Below are positions 28,853-38,360 of a stretch of DNA of 61,801 nt, one piece after another. Below the pieces are notes generated by a model, which saw only the letters and a program-made list of their open reading frames with translations, was not told the origin of the DNA and made no database searches. Positions within the stretch are counted from its first letter, which is position 1, and every line of letters begins with the position of its first letter. The stretch is from IMG/VR virus record IMGVR_UViG_3300001336_000004, positions 1-61,801 of that record; one strand, given 5' to 3'. Made by a program: the position numbers and the translations under genes. The DNA is from a virus. Its lineage: Duplodnaviria > Caudoviricetes.

Positions 28853-28949
28853 ATGGACTGATGCGACGTGGAACCCCGTCACCGGCTGCGAAAAGGTATC
28901 GAGCGGCTGTAAGAACTGCTACGCCGGGCGGCTGGCCGCCGGATTTTAG
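28839..28949 (+). pseudogene. Truncated phage Gp37/Gp68 (DUF5131) gene
   Basis: [29 protein letters not shown] is the family's N-terminal signature; stop codon after 36 aa. Confidence 0.8.
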
Positions 28950-29010
28950 TGATGACGGTGCTCGCAAACCGCTAGGATTTTGAATGAATTATACATAAAG
29001 GAGCAGGACA

Positions 29011-29400
29011 ATGAAAACTGAAGCAGCGCGCAATCTGTCTTATGCGACGCTAAGCGACATCGAGCAGGGCGTGGTGGCGCGAATGCTCGATAATGCAATC
29101 CGGCGCTGCCTTGAGGATGTCCACGACCGCCCAACGCCTGAGACAAGAAAAATCCGCCTTGAAATCGCGCTGACCCCACAGGTGGACAAGAAGACGTTCC
29201 ATTTCAACAACGACGTGCAGGTCAACATCACTGTGGATGACACGCTGCCCAAGCGTGGCGGGCGCTACGTCACAGGCCGCCTGCGCTGTGCGGCCAGCGG
29301 GTCGCCGGAGCTGTTCTTTTCGCCGGAAAGCCCCGACAATCCCGACCAGATCACCATTGCGGACATCGGGGCCTACGATGAAGGCGGCTCCGGTGCGTAA
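29011..29400 (+). CDS. Hypothetical phage protein
   Basis: AAGGAG RBS; 129-aa ORF. Confidence 0.6.
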   Translation: MKTEAARNLSYATLSDIEQGVVARMLDNAIRRCLEDVHDRPTPETRKIRLEIALTPQVDKKTFHFNNDVQVNITVDDTLPKRGGRYVTGRLRCAASGSPELFFSPESPDNPDQITIADIGAYDEGGSGA

Positions 29401-29636
29401 TTGGAGCGTGGTGATGATTGGAGTTGGCCTGCTGCTGTTCCCGGCAATCGCGCCGGGCGGCGACCGAGACGATGAACTCGCCGTTCGACTGGTTCTCGAC
29501 AGCATGGCGACAACGACAACGATCACAAGGAGCGAATGGTATCCGGGCGAGTTTCTTGTGATCCTGACAGTGCGGATTGAATTTGATCCTGGGGCGAGCG
29601 GGACATCGGCCCCGATTTCATTACAAGGAGAAGACA

Positions 29637-30479
29637 ATGAGCGAGACAATGAGCGAGACAAACGAACAGGCGACGCAGCAACTCGGCGGAGACGCGATCA
29701 GCAAAATTCAGCAGATGACGGTCGCGGCGGCAAAATCGCAAATCACCACGATCAAGGAAACAGGGCGCCTGCGATACTACAACCCGGCGTCGGGGACGGA
29801 CATCGAGATCGAACCGGTGGCCCCGCAGCGCATGATCCATGTTTGCCGGGCGGAGGACATTCCGGCGGTGATTGTGAACTACGGCATCACTGAGGCATTC
29901 TTTGGGCTGGGGGGCGTCAGTGGTATTTGCCCTTCCAGAAACCGCCCGGGGTCTTACGACATGTTTGAGATGGCCCTCACGCCGACAAGCCGGCTCGCAA
30001 CGGTGCTCACACTCAAACTTTCGGAGCCAAAAACGCACACGCAGGTCATGCGGATGTTCGAGTTCGACCTGCAAGGGTGCGTAACGGTCGAAACGATTGA
30101 CAAATTTCGGAAAGTCTCGTTCTTCAGCGCCGTCGACAAAGTGTCCGAGATTGACCGTGCGCGTATCAATTCCGGCGGGCGCGAAACGCACGAGCTGCGC
30201 GACGCCAAGGATTTCCTCCGGTCGTTCGACGTGAAATGCCCAATGTTCGTACAGATGTTCAGCCTCAGCGGGATCAACGAGTTCAGCATCCCGATTTATG
30301 TCGAGGTCGATTTGGCCCGACACTCATTCGCGTTTCAGGCGTACCCGGATATGATCAACGAGACACAGCAGTTGGCGACCGAAGGGCTGATGAAGTGGGT
30401 CACAGATGCCCTCAAGGCGGAGAAGTGCAAATGCAAGTGCTTCTTCGCCTCCGGCGAACAGAATATCCAGGAGGTCTAA
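29637..30479 (+). CDS. Hypothetical phage protein
   Basis: AAGGAG RBS; start MSETMSET; about 280 aa. Confidence 0.6.
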   Translation: MSETMSETNEQATQQLGGDAISKIQQMTVAAAKSQITTIKETGRLRYYNPASGTDIEIEPVAPQRMIHVCRAEDIPAVIVNYGITEAFFGLGGVSGICPSRNRPGSYDMFEMALTPTSRLATVLTLKLSEPKTHTQVMRMFEFDLQGCVTVETIDKFRKVSFFSAVDKVSEIDRARINSGGRETHELRDAKDFLRSFDVKCPMFVQMFSLSGINEFSIPIYVEVDLARHSFAFQAYPDMINETQQLATEGLMKWVTDALKAEKCKCKCFFASGEQNIQEV

Positions 30480-30579
30480 ATTCTGCGCCCCGCATCGGCG
30501 GTTGTGCTGATCCGTTCGTGCCTGCGGGGTAGGCGGGGCTACGGCGGATCGGCACTTGGCGCAAAGAAAGGTGATACTT

Positions 30580-31026
30580 ATGACACAAACAGAAAACGGC
30601 AGATTCTTCGACACCATTTTCCAATTCTTTCGGAATGCTGAAGGGGTGAAGGGAAAAACGGTTGCGGAATTGGCGCGGCATCTCGATGAGAATCAGGCGT
30701 ATTTGTATCGGGTTGAAAATCAGGATGCAAAACCCGATTTTGATCGCGGGCTGGGCCTTCTCGTCAAAATGTCGCAGATCGCGAAAGAACAGACGAAGGC
30801 CGATTCAATCCGATTCACGGAGTTCTACTGGCGGATGCGCCAGTCCATGTCGGTCCATGAAGTCAGCGATATGGATGCTCTCAGGACCATCCTGATCGTT
30901 TCCTCGCAGTGGGATGACGGCCCGCTTGACCCGCGCCTGGCGCTGTTGCTGCTGCTCGGATTGTGGCAACCCGAGGATACCACGAAAAAGGGACAGATTT
31001 TGAAGGCGATGAACCACATCAAGTAA
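30580..31026 (+). CDS. HTH-domain regulator
   Basis: TVAELARHLDENQAYLYRVENQDAKP. Confidence 0.6.
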   Translation: MTQTENGRFFDTIFQFFRNAEGVKGKTVAELARHLDENQAYLYRVENQDAKPDFDRGLGLLVKMSQIAKEQTKADSIRFTEFYWRMRQSMSVHEVSDMDALRTILIVSSQWDDGPLDPRLALLLLLGLWQPEDTTKKGQILKAMNHIK

Positions 31027-31038
31027 GAAGGGACAAAA

Positions 31039-32502
31039 ATGACCACAGATCAAGAAATGAAAAATCAGGACATGGATAACAGAAAAGAGCCATGCCTGCC
31101 GAGCGTCCGCCCCAAAAACGCACTGGCTTTGCGGCCAATCACCGAGATCGCATTCCAAAGCGACAACGTGATCGAAAAGTGTGCGCAGATCGGCGAGGCC
31201 CTCCACAAGTCGGGGATGTTCGGCATTCCCAATGCGCAGGCTGGCGCCGTCGTTGTGATGTCCTGCTTCGAGGAGGGCAAGGGGCTGATGCAGTTCCTGC
31301 GCGAGAATCACATCGTCGAGAACAGACCGACCAAAAAGGCGGATTTTCTGATTGCGGAATTTCATCGCCTGGGCGGTCGCATCAAGTGGCTCGAGACCGA
31401 CGACAAAAAAGCGCGCGCAACGTTCACATGGCGAGATGAACAGCACACGGCTGAATTCACGTTCGATGACGCGGTGCAGGCGGGCTGGGTGACGGCCAAG
31501 GACGGCAAAACGATCAAGCACAACTGGCGGCGCGGCGCCCCAAGGCGCGCAATGCTTCGGTATCGTTTGGTGACGGAGGTGTTCAAGTATTTCGCCGCCG
31601 AAATCGGTTATGGGTATGATGTCGCCGAATTGGTTTCGGATGAATCGGCGTCAAGTCGAGTCACGGCGCAAGAGGTTCTCGGCGTCGAAGAGGCGCAACA
31701 GGACGACGCCGAGGTGATCGACGCCGACGTGGAAAAGGTGGACGAAGCGCCCTCGCCGGAACCGAAGCCGAAGCCGGAAGCGGCGCCCTCCAAGAAGAAG
31801 CGTGGGCGCCCCCCGAAGTCCGAGGCGGCGAAATCGCAACCGACTGAAATCGAAGAGGAGCCGCAGGAAGAGCAGCCGGACGACGAAGAGGAGGGCGAGA
31901 AGCCGGAGAAGCCGGAGCCGCCGATTATGTGGGAGGATGCTGAGGAGGGCGACCACATCACCTTTCAGCACGACGGCCTGACGCTCAACGGGGACATCGT
32001 TGCGATACACACCCCTAAACGGAAGTTTCACGTCGTCGTCGGGAAGGAATCGCGGCTTGTCAACTTCGATGACGTGGAGGAAATTCGCAAGAACCTTTTC
32101 CTGACCGAAGAGGCAAAGGCCAGGATCGAAGACGCCAAAGCGTCGATGGCCCCCAAAACGCCCGAGCGAAAAACCAACCCGAAGATGGAACCGGAGAAGA
32201 TGGAACCGGAACCGAAGGCGGACGACGAATGCGACGATGGCAATGATTCGCTCTGGACCAACCAGATGATCGCGGAAAAAATCGCGAACGACAAGAACCT
32301 CACGAGCCGGCAAAAGATCGAACGGGTCTCGAAGTATTACGGCGAAGACGTGGCAATCGACTTTTTCAAGGGAATCGAGATGATCCCGGACGAAGACGAC
32401 GCCGGCCTCAACGACCTGACCGACTCGTCCTGTGAGCGCATCTCCAAACTACCGGCCTTGCAGCGATACGAAAATGAATTGCGGAAGATCGTGGGACTGT
32501 AG
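31039..32502 (+). CDS. RecT/Sak-like single-strand annealing protein with an acidic C-terminal extension
   Basis: N-terminal domain HIVENRP..FTFDDA..AG..NW...PRRAMLRYR; replication/recombination context. Confidence 0.6.
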   Translation: MTTDQEMKNQDMDNRKEPCLPSVRPKNALALRPITEIAFQSDNVIEKCAQIGEALHKSGMFGIPNAQAGAVVVMSCFEEGKGLMQFLRENHIVENRPTKKADFLIAEFHRLGGRIKWLETDDKKARATFTWRDEQHTAEFTFDDAVQAGWVTAKDGKTIKHNWRRGAPRRAMLRYRLVTEVFKYFAAEIGYGYDVAELVSDESASSRVTAQEVLGVEEAQQDDAEVIDADVEKVDEAPSPEPKPKPEAAPSKKKRGRPPKSEAAKSQPTEIEEEPQEEQPDDEEEGEKPEKPEPPIMWEDAEEGDHITFQHDGLTLNGDIVAIHTPKRKFHVVVGKESRLVNFDDVEEIRKNLFLTEEAKARIEDAKASMAPKTPERKTNPKMEPEKMEPEPKADDECDDGNDSLWTNQMIAEKIANDKNLTSRQKIERVSKYYGEDVAIDFFKGIEMIPDEDDAGLNDLTDSSCERISKLPALQRYENELRKIVGL

Positions 32503-32618
32503 TAGACAACACCTAATTTGCCAGGCCCGGCGCGAAGGGTGGTGCCTTCCGGCCCTGCGTAGGCAGATGTGCGGTTATCCCGCATCCAGCCGGGCAATTT
32601 TCTAAAGTGAGGGGGAAT

Positions 32619-32798
32619 ATGTTCAGCGATTCCGTCAATTTCTGTCCGAATTGCAATGAAGAGCAGGCCAGCAAAACATCTCTGCTGTACTGCGCGGTTT
32701 GCCAAACGGAGTATTGTGTGGACTGTTCCGAAAACAATGAGTGCCCGAAATGCCAGGAGGCGAAAGACGCCGACATTGACTTCCATGAAGAGTATTGA
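32619..32798 (+). CDS. Small Cys-rich Zn-finger protein
   Basis: CPNC, CAVC, CVDC and CPKC motifs. Confidence 0.5.
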   Translation: MFSDSVNFCPNCNEEQASKTSLLYCAVCQTEYCVDCSENNECPKCQEAKDADIDFHEEY

Positions 32799-33201
32799 AG
32801 GCTCATCGACGCCAGACGGAATTGTGGATGTCTTTGACCACATCTGCCCGGAATACCCTGCTGAATGGCGCTGTGTGAAAACATACGTCAACGGGTTCGC
32901 CGCCGCCTTCCGAAACATGGAAAGCGGCCTGCTTGCCATGCTTTCCTGCGTAAAGAAAAGCGATGAACGATTCTGGATTCATTGCTCCGTTTCTCACGCC
33001 GATCATATTCCGACCTACATGGAATTGATCGAGGTCAAGAATGTATTCATCGGCGACGACCGGAAAGCGATCATGGTCTTCCCGCGCAAGGAAGTTCATG
33101 TCAACCTGCACCCCAACTGCCTGCACCTCTTTACATGCGTGTCCGACGACGGACTCCCTGAGTTCGCATTCCAAACCCCCAGTGGAGAATGGATGATATG
33201 A
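32785..33201 (+). CDS. Conserved phage hypothetical protein
   Basis: WIHCSVS..PTY.EL..VK..F..FP....VNLHPNCLHL motif. Confidence 0.6.
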   Translation: MKSIEGSSTPDGIVDVFDHICPEYPAEWRCVKTYVNGFAAAFRNMESGLLAMLSCVKKSDERFWIHCSVSHADHIPTYMELIEVKNVFIGDDRKAIMVFPRKEVHVNLHPNCLHLFTCVSDDGLPEFAFQTPSGEWMI

Positions 33202-33290
33202 TGATTTATATCACTGCGCTTGTTTTATTCTCGGTTTCTGTCTTCATGGTTGCCGTGAGCATTTACGCCCACGAGCAAAAAGAAGAGAAC

Positions 33291-34619
33291 ATGCTTCGCC
33301 TGTCGCTCGCCTTGATATTCCTGCTTGCTGCGATTGTAATCTCGGGCATTTCGCCGGCTTACGGGGAGAACTCTGAGTACAAGAAAGTGGATGGGTACGA
33401 CAACCTGTATCGTCTCACCAGCAGCACGTTCACCTATACCGCCTGGAACGGTGTCACGCGCACCGAGCGCGGAGGCATCGCCCACAAGGCCATCGGCCAC
33501 AGCACCAGCAGCGGAAAGTGGATCGCGATGCTTTCCAATCGGCACGTCGAAGGGCAGTCGGATGAGCACGGGAAATATTGGATCGCACCCGTCGATATGT
33601 CGGAAGACTGGAAATTTACGGGGCTTATGGCGTATCACGTCGATCTGTGGAATTGGGTCAATGCCGACGACTTCATTGCGATGATCGGCAACACCGTGAC
33701 AAGCGGGACAGTTCGGAGCCGGGACCGAATCGACCTTGCGCCGATTGGACAACTGGAGCGCTCGCCGTACCTGTACAAGCAGGGGAAACTCGTCCGGGGG
33801 AATCACATGCTGGTTCGCAATGATCGCCCCTCGTACAATGATGTCTTTATCCCCGTCCAATTCAGCCCGTGGCGCGTCGGCAGTCCCTACGTGATTCCGT
33901 GGGAGATGGTTGACGATGCGCCTTCCGTTCCGGGCTACTCCGGCTATCACGACGCCGAGTACCGAGATGACGGCAAATGGTACTTTCTTCCGCCGCAGGG
34001 CCTGATCGAACCCGGCGGTTGGTTCCTGGTCGAACGTGACGGGTCGGGAATGGAGCGCATGACGACATCAAGCCTGACCGCAGAAAACCGCTATTGGGGA
34101 CACCCGGATTTTAGTGATGACGGTCGCTACGTGGTCTACAGCGACGCAAACAAAAACGGGCCGGTGCTTTGGTCGGTTTACGATACGGTGAATAGGGAAA
34201 TCGTTTGGAGCCGGGAAACAAGCGATGTTGGCCCTGTTCATCACAATTTTTACTTCGGCGACTCGATGATCTGCAAAAGCGGTCCGTATGGGACGATCAC
34301 GGTGGCGGATTGGAAAAAGGACAAGGTTTTCGACCCCGTGCATCTCGAGCCGAATCTTGTCGATGGGAAATACAAAAACTATTCGCACTATGCGCGGCCA
34401 TTCATGGATGACAAATACGTCTATTTCCATTCGAACCACTATCATCCCGATGGGGACGGCGTTGATTTGTTTCGCTTCCGGTGGCTGGACGATCTTGTTG
34501 TTGGGCCAGAGCAGGCCGGAATCCCAATTACAACAAGTGCGACCCTGAGAACGCTCATCATCGAACTCGACTGGCCGGAGGAGATTCCGCCACCGGAGAT
34601 CAAATTCAATGTGAGGTAA
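33291..34619 (+). CDS. Secreted beta-propeller-like protein (paralog 1)
   Basis: Signal peptide MLRLSLALIFLLAAIVISGISPAYG and TolB-like GHPDFSDDGRYVVY; an upstream start at 33189-33198 is possible. Confidence 0.65.
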   Translation: MLRLSLALIFLLAAIVISGISPAYGENSEYKKVDGYDNLYRLTSSTFTYTAWNGVTRTERGGIAHKAIGHSTSSGKWIAMLSNRHVEGQSDEHGKYWIAPVDMSEDWKFTGLMAYHVDLWNWVNADDFIAMIGNTVTSGTVRSRDRIDLAPIGQLERSPYLYKQGKLVRGNHMLVRNDRPSYNDVFIPVQFSPWRVGSPYVIPWEMVDDAPSVPGYSGYHDAEYRDDGKWYFLPPQGLIEPGGWFLVERDGSGMERMTTSSLTAENRYWGHPDFSDDGRYVVYSDANKNGPVLWSVYDTVNREIVWSRETSDVGPVHHNFYFGDSMICKSGPYGTITVADWKKDKVFDPVHLEPNLVDGKYKNYSHYARPFMDDKYVYFHSNHYHPDGDGVDLFRFRWLDDLVVGPEQAGIPITTSATLRTLIIELDWPEEIPPPEIKFNVR

Positions 34620-34623
34620 GAAA

Positions 34624-35952
34624 ATGAGAGCACAACTTGCGGTTGCATTCCTACTGGTGGCGGCCTGCGCTTTTTCGCAGAATTCGGAGTATCAGGCCGT
34701 CGATGGGTTCGATTCGCTTTATCGTCTGACGGATCGGACGTACACGTACACCGATTGGCAGGGGTTTGAAATCACCAAGAAAGGCGCCGTCGCTCACCCT
34801 GGCATCGCATGGAGCACAAGCAACGATGTTTACGTTGTGATCGAATCATGGGGCGAAACAGGGGGCTATGATTCTCTTGAGAAATTCTGGTATGCCCCTG
34901 TCGATATGTCCGAGGATTGGCAGTACACTCAAATCCTGAACGTCAGTGTGGGTTTCTGGAACTGGATGAATGAGACGGATGCAATCTATATGAATGGCAG
35001 AACCGTCACGATCCACAATGCGTTAAATGCGGTCAGCACCAGCGTTTTGACGTTGGACGCATACACGACCAGCGGAATCTGGACCATCGGCAAGCTGGCG
35101 ACGTCCAACGAAACGTCAGGGACAGCGATTGTCCGCTACGACATGACCAGCGACCCGGACATTTTTCATACTGTGACGTGGGACGGCCCTGATTACACGA
35201 ACGGCTCCCTGCAAACGACCGGAACGATACCGTGGAGCAGCGCCGGATTCCCCGAGAGGACTTATTCGGGATACCATGACGCCTTTCTGCCCGAGGGCGC
35301 CGGGAAATGGTACATGCTTACTCCGGCGGGCCTTTATGATCAGGCCGATTGGTGGGAGATCACAGATGACTACACGACGATGACGAAGATCACGCGGACC
35401 GGCGAGATTCGATACACCGGACACCCGGACTTCACGCCGGACGGTGAGACCGTCGTGTACTCGGATTCCAATAAATCCGGCAAGCCGTGGGTATCCGTCG
35501 CGGACATTCCCTCGAGAACGATCCTCTGGTACTTCGAACTGGACTTTGGAGGCGCCGGAACGTTCGGATCGACGAAGCATTGCTGTATGGGGCCGGAGGG
35601 GTGGATCGGCTGGAGTTCGACGAACGGCATTGTCATTGCGAATTACAGCGATGAAAACCCGGTCGATCCGTACATCATCATTAACGTCCCAAGTTGGTCT
35701 ACGTCATACTATGAGGCCCTCGAACGTCCGTTCATGGATGATAAGTACATCTATTTCCACCGGAACTATGCTCACCCGGACGATCCGACACACGTTGATT
35801 TGTATCGAATTCAGTATCGGGATGGAAACGACGACCCGATTGTCTATGACCATTCAGCGCCTTCAGCATTTTACCGCGCGCGCTGGAACGTGAAGAAGAA
35901 TATCGACGACAGAATGACCATCTCACCGATTCAGCCGATGGGGACGCCATGA
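34624..35952 (+). CDS. Secreted beta-propeller-like protein (paralog 2)
   Basis: Signal peptide MRAQLAVAFLLVAACAFS and GHPDFTPDGETVVY; collinear similarity to the upstream gene. Confidence 0.7.
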   Translation: MRAQLAVAFLLVAACAFSQNSEYQAVDGFDSLYRLTDRTYTYTDWQGFEITKKGAVAHPGIAWSTSNDVYVVIESWGETGGYDSLEKFWYAPVDMSEDWQYTQILNVSVGFWNWMNETDAIYMNGRTVTIHNALNAVSTSVLTLDAYTTSGIWTIGKLATSNETSGTAIVRYDMTSDPDIFHTVTWDGPDYTNGSLQTTGTIPWSSAGFPERTYSGYHDAFLPEGAGKWYMLTPAGLYDQADWWEITDDYTTMTKITRTGEIRYTGHPDFTPDGETVVYSDSNKSGKPWVSVADIPSRTILWYFELDFGGAGTFGSTKHCCMGPEGWIGWSSTNGIVIANYSDENPVDPYIIINVPSWSTSYYEALERPFMDDKYIYFHRNYAHPDDPTHVDLYRIQYRDGNDDPIVYDHSAPSAFYRARWNVKKNIDDRMTISPIQPMGTP

Positions 35953-36092
35953 TAAAGAAACTGGACGGCAAGTATTTTGTGTATTCGCATGACGGCAACA
36001 AGCGACTGAGCGCCGGGTACGATTCGCGTGAGGACGCCCTGAAACGCTTGCGCCAAATTGAGTTTTACAAAAGAAAGGACAAGGGCAAATGA
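35949..36092 (+). CDS. Small basic phage protein, 47 aa
   Basis: MIKKLDGKYFVYSHDGNKRLSAGYDSREDALKRLRQIEFYK; ATGA overlaps on both sides. Confidence 0.6.
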   Translation: MIKKLDGKYFVYSHDGNKRLSAGYDSREDALKRLRQIEFYKRKDKGK

Positions 36093-36328
36093 GCGCCTCG
36101 CCCAATGCTCCCCAAAACGGGGCGCGACGTTATTCGATAATGCTTTCCGGTCTTTCCGTCTTCTTGCTCTGTACAACGGCGGCCTGCATCGCCCTGGCGT
36201 GGAATTTGCCCTCGGAGCAAGTCGCCGGTATTGTGCAGGCATACCTCGCGTCCGCCAGCGGTGCGACAACGGCCTTCCTTGGGATGAAGTTTGGTCAGCG
36301 GCTTCAAAACCAGCAGGAAAACAAATGA
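36089..36328 (+). CDS. Two-TM membrane protein (holin-like)
   Basis: Two hydrophobic segments and a charged C-terminus, 79 aa. Confidence 0.5.
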   Translation: MSASPNAPQNGARRYSIMLSGLSVFLLCTTAACIALAWNLPSEQVAGIVQAYLASASGATTAFLGMKFGQRLQNQQENK

Positions 36329-36485
36329 TCGGCGGCAGTCGTGCGCGGTGGAGCACGATATTTTGCGGTGGGGGGATTTGGTGAACCTTGCCGCAAAGCC
36401 GCCGTCATTTTTTTCTTGATTTTTATTTTGTGTTATTTTTTTATTCGGAAATCCCTCACGGGGAAATCATTTCAGGAGGACTCAA

Positions 36486-36710
36486 ATGGCGAAGGTCAAC
36501 GATCCGGTCGATGTAAAGAAAGTCGGCGAGAAGTACCGCGTGGTCAACAGGCACGACAAGAAGGTCGCGCGCGACGAGAAAGGAAGCCCCATCGACTTCG
36601 GGGGTTATGAGAACGAGATGGACGCGCGGTATCGTGCGCGGGGGATCAACAGCGGATTGACCCGGCGCGGCATGAAGTACAAGGTGCGCGCCAAACAGAA
36701 CGCGGCGTAA
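36486..36710 (+). CDS. Small basic hypothetical protein
   Basis: AGGAGGA RBS; 74 aa. Confidence 0.6.
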   Translation: MAKVNDPVDVKKVGEKYRVVNRHDKKVARDEKGSPIDFGGYENEMDARYRARGINSGLTRRGMKYKVRAKQNAA

Positions 36711-36778
36711 ATTACGTCCCTCTGCGCCTGTTGCTTTTAATGGTGCGGGGGGGCGAATTGTCTGAAGGGGGGTCCAAA

Positions 36779-37867
36779 GTGAAAAAGCACCATGATGTAA
36801 TGCCGATTTCCGCCTTCCCCGCGCTCGAGGAGTGCATCAATTTCGAGCCGGGTGGCGATGAGATTGTCAACAAGGACGCCGAGCAAGGGCGGGAAGCGCA
36901 CGAAGCATTTCGGATGATCGTCGAAAACAGGTACGACGAGGATGTTTACGGCTATCCGCCGGAGGATATTGTTTGGGCGGCTGAGACTCTATCCAAGTTC
37001 GCTGGCATGGATGCTGAGCCGGAATGTGAGCGGCGTATTCATATCCGGGACGAAGACGGGTTCATTTTACTCACGTTCGGAACCTGCGATTACATGCGCC
37101 AACTGGAAAAGAAGAAGATTTTGATCGCCGACCTCAAGACGGGATGGGATCAGGCCAAAAACTACAAATTGCAGGTTATTGGCTACGCTTACGGCGCTAT
37201 GCAGGAGATGGGCTTCACCCGAGCGAAAATCTGTATTCTTCATACAAAATTTCGGGACATGGAAGAATTTGAAGTCACTCGCGGCGAAGCGAAAAAGAAG
37301 GTGATGGCGCTGATCGACAAAAAGAGCGACCCGCCTGCGGAGTACAACCCGAACGAATTCTGCTCGTTCTGCCGAATCCGCCACCGCTGTCCGGCGACGA
37401 CGAAGATTGCCATTCGCGCTGCGGTCAACAGGGATGACTTCAACCCCCGCTACGACCTCAAAGAATATCACCCATCCGAAATTACCGATCCCCGCCAAAT
37501 GGCGAAAGCGCTCGAGCTGGCAAGGTTCCTCAAGTACACATTCGCGGATTCCGTCGAGCATCATGCGCGGCTGATGATGGAGGAGCAGGGCTTGCCCGGC
37601 TACAAGTGGCGCGTGTTTGACGGGCAACCCTCAGTCGATGACCGGAAGAAAATGTACGAATTGCTGAATGTTCCGAGCGAAGATTTTCTTTCGTTTTTTG
37701 ATTTCAACTGGTCTCGCGCTGTCGAGTATTTCAAGAAAGACTATCCGAATTATTCGAACACACAGATCAAGAAAATGCTGATGAAAAGGCTCGAGTCAGT
37801 GCTGGTTCCCGGTCAAGAGGTTCGTCAAATTGTGAAAGATAAATCATGGAGGGACACGAATGCCTAA
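36779..37867 (+). CDS. PD-(D/E)XK Cas4-like exonuclease (DUF2800-like)
   Basis: GTCD..IADLKTG..Q...YA..CSFC.....CP. Confidence 0.75.
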   Translation: MKKHHDVMPISAFPALEECINFEPGGDEIVNKDAEQGREAHEAFRMIVENRYDEDVYGYPPEDIVWAAETLSKFAGMDAEPECERRIHIRDEDGFILLTFGTCDYMRQLEKKKILIADLKTGWDQAKNYKLQVIGYAYGAMQEMGFTRAKICILHTKFRDMEEFEVTRGEAKKKVMALIDKKSDPPAEYNPNEFCSFCRIRHRCPATTKIAIRAAVNRDDFNPRYDLKEYHPSEITDPRQMAKALELARFLKYTFADSVEHHARLMMEEQGLPGYKWRVFDGQPSVDDRKKMYELLNVPSEDFLSFFDFNWSRAVEYFKKDYPNYSNTQIKKMLMKRLESVLVPGQEVRQIVKDKSWRDTNA

Positions 37868-38360
37868 ATTCGTCTATACCGAAGACGGTGGCTTTGAGAA
37901 GGCAGCGCCAGGCAACTACATCGCGAAAATTGAAAAAGCGACATTGGAATTGCCCAACAAGCCGAATAGAAGCGAGTTCATCAAACTGATTTTAGCGCCC
38001 ATCGGGACAAAGGCTCGCGTAAAGGATTATCTCTCCTTTTCTCCCAATGCGGCGTGGAAAATATCGCAGTTCGTCACCGCATTCGGGCTTTCCGGGTTGG
38101 AACCCGACAAAGAATTCGACCTTGAGCCGGAGATGCTTCAGAAGCGCTATGTGCCATGCCGAATTGAGATCGTCGAGAAAGTGCTCGATGGCAAGTCGGT
38201 GGAAGTTAACGAGGTCCGCTATTACATCACTGACGGGTCATTGGGGACGTTCACGGACGGCGTTTACGACGGCGCTGAGGACGATGACGACATCGAGGAC
38301 GCAACATTTACCGATGAAAAACTCAATGCCGGCGATGCGGAGGATACGCTTCCTTTCTGA
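37860..38360 (+). CDS. DUF669-like ssDNA-binding protein
   Basis: PGNY.AKI..D.L.FSPNAAWKI.QF; acidic tail ending in LPF. Confidence 0.7.
   Translation: MPKFVYTEDGGFEKAAPGNYIAKIEKATLELPNKPNRSEFIKLILAPIGTKARVKDYLSFSPNAAWKISQFVTAFGLSGLEPDKEFDLEPEMLQKRYVPCRIEIVEKVLDGKSVEVNEVRYYITDGSLGTFTDGVYDGAEDDDDIEDATFTDEKLNAGDAEDTLPF

Noticed and set aside
32525-32595. Canonical tRNA gene
   Set aside because: It has no TTCRA T-loop, a short anticodon stem and no CCA; it is kept only as a tRNA-like structure.
36779-37867. Cas4 as evidence of a CRISPR-Cas system
   Set aside because: It is a stand-alone phage PD-(D/E)XK nuclease in an SSB/helicase context, with no cas1/cas2 or array.
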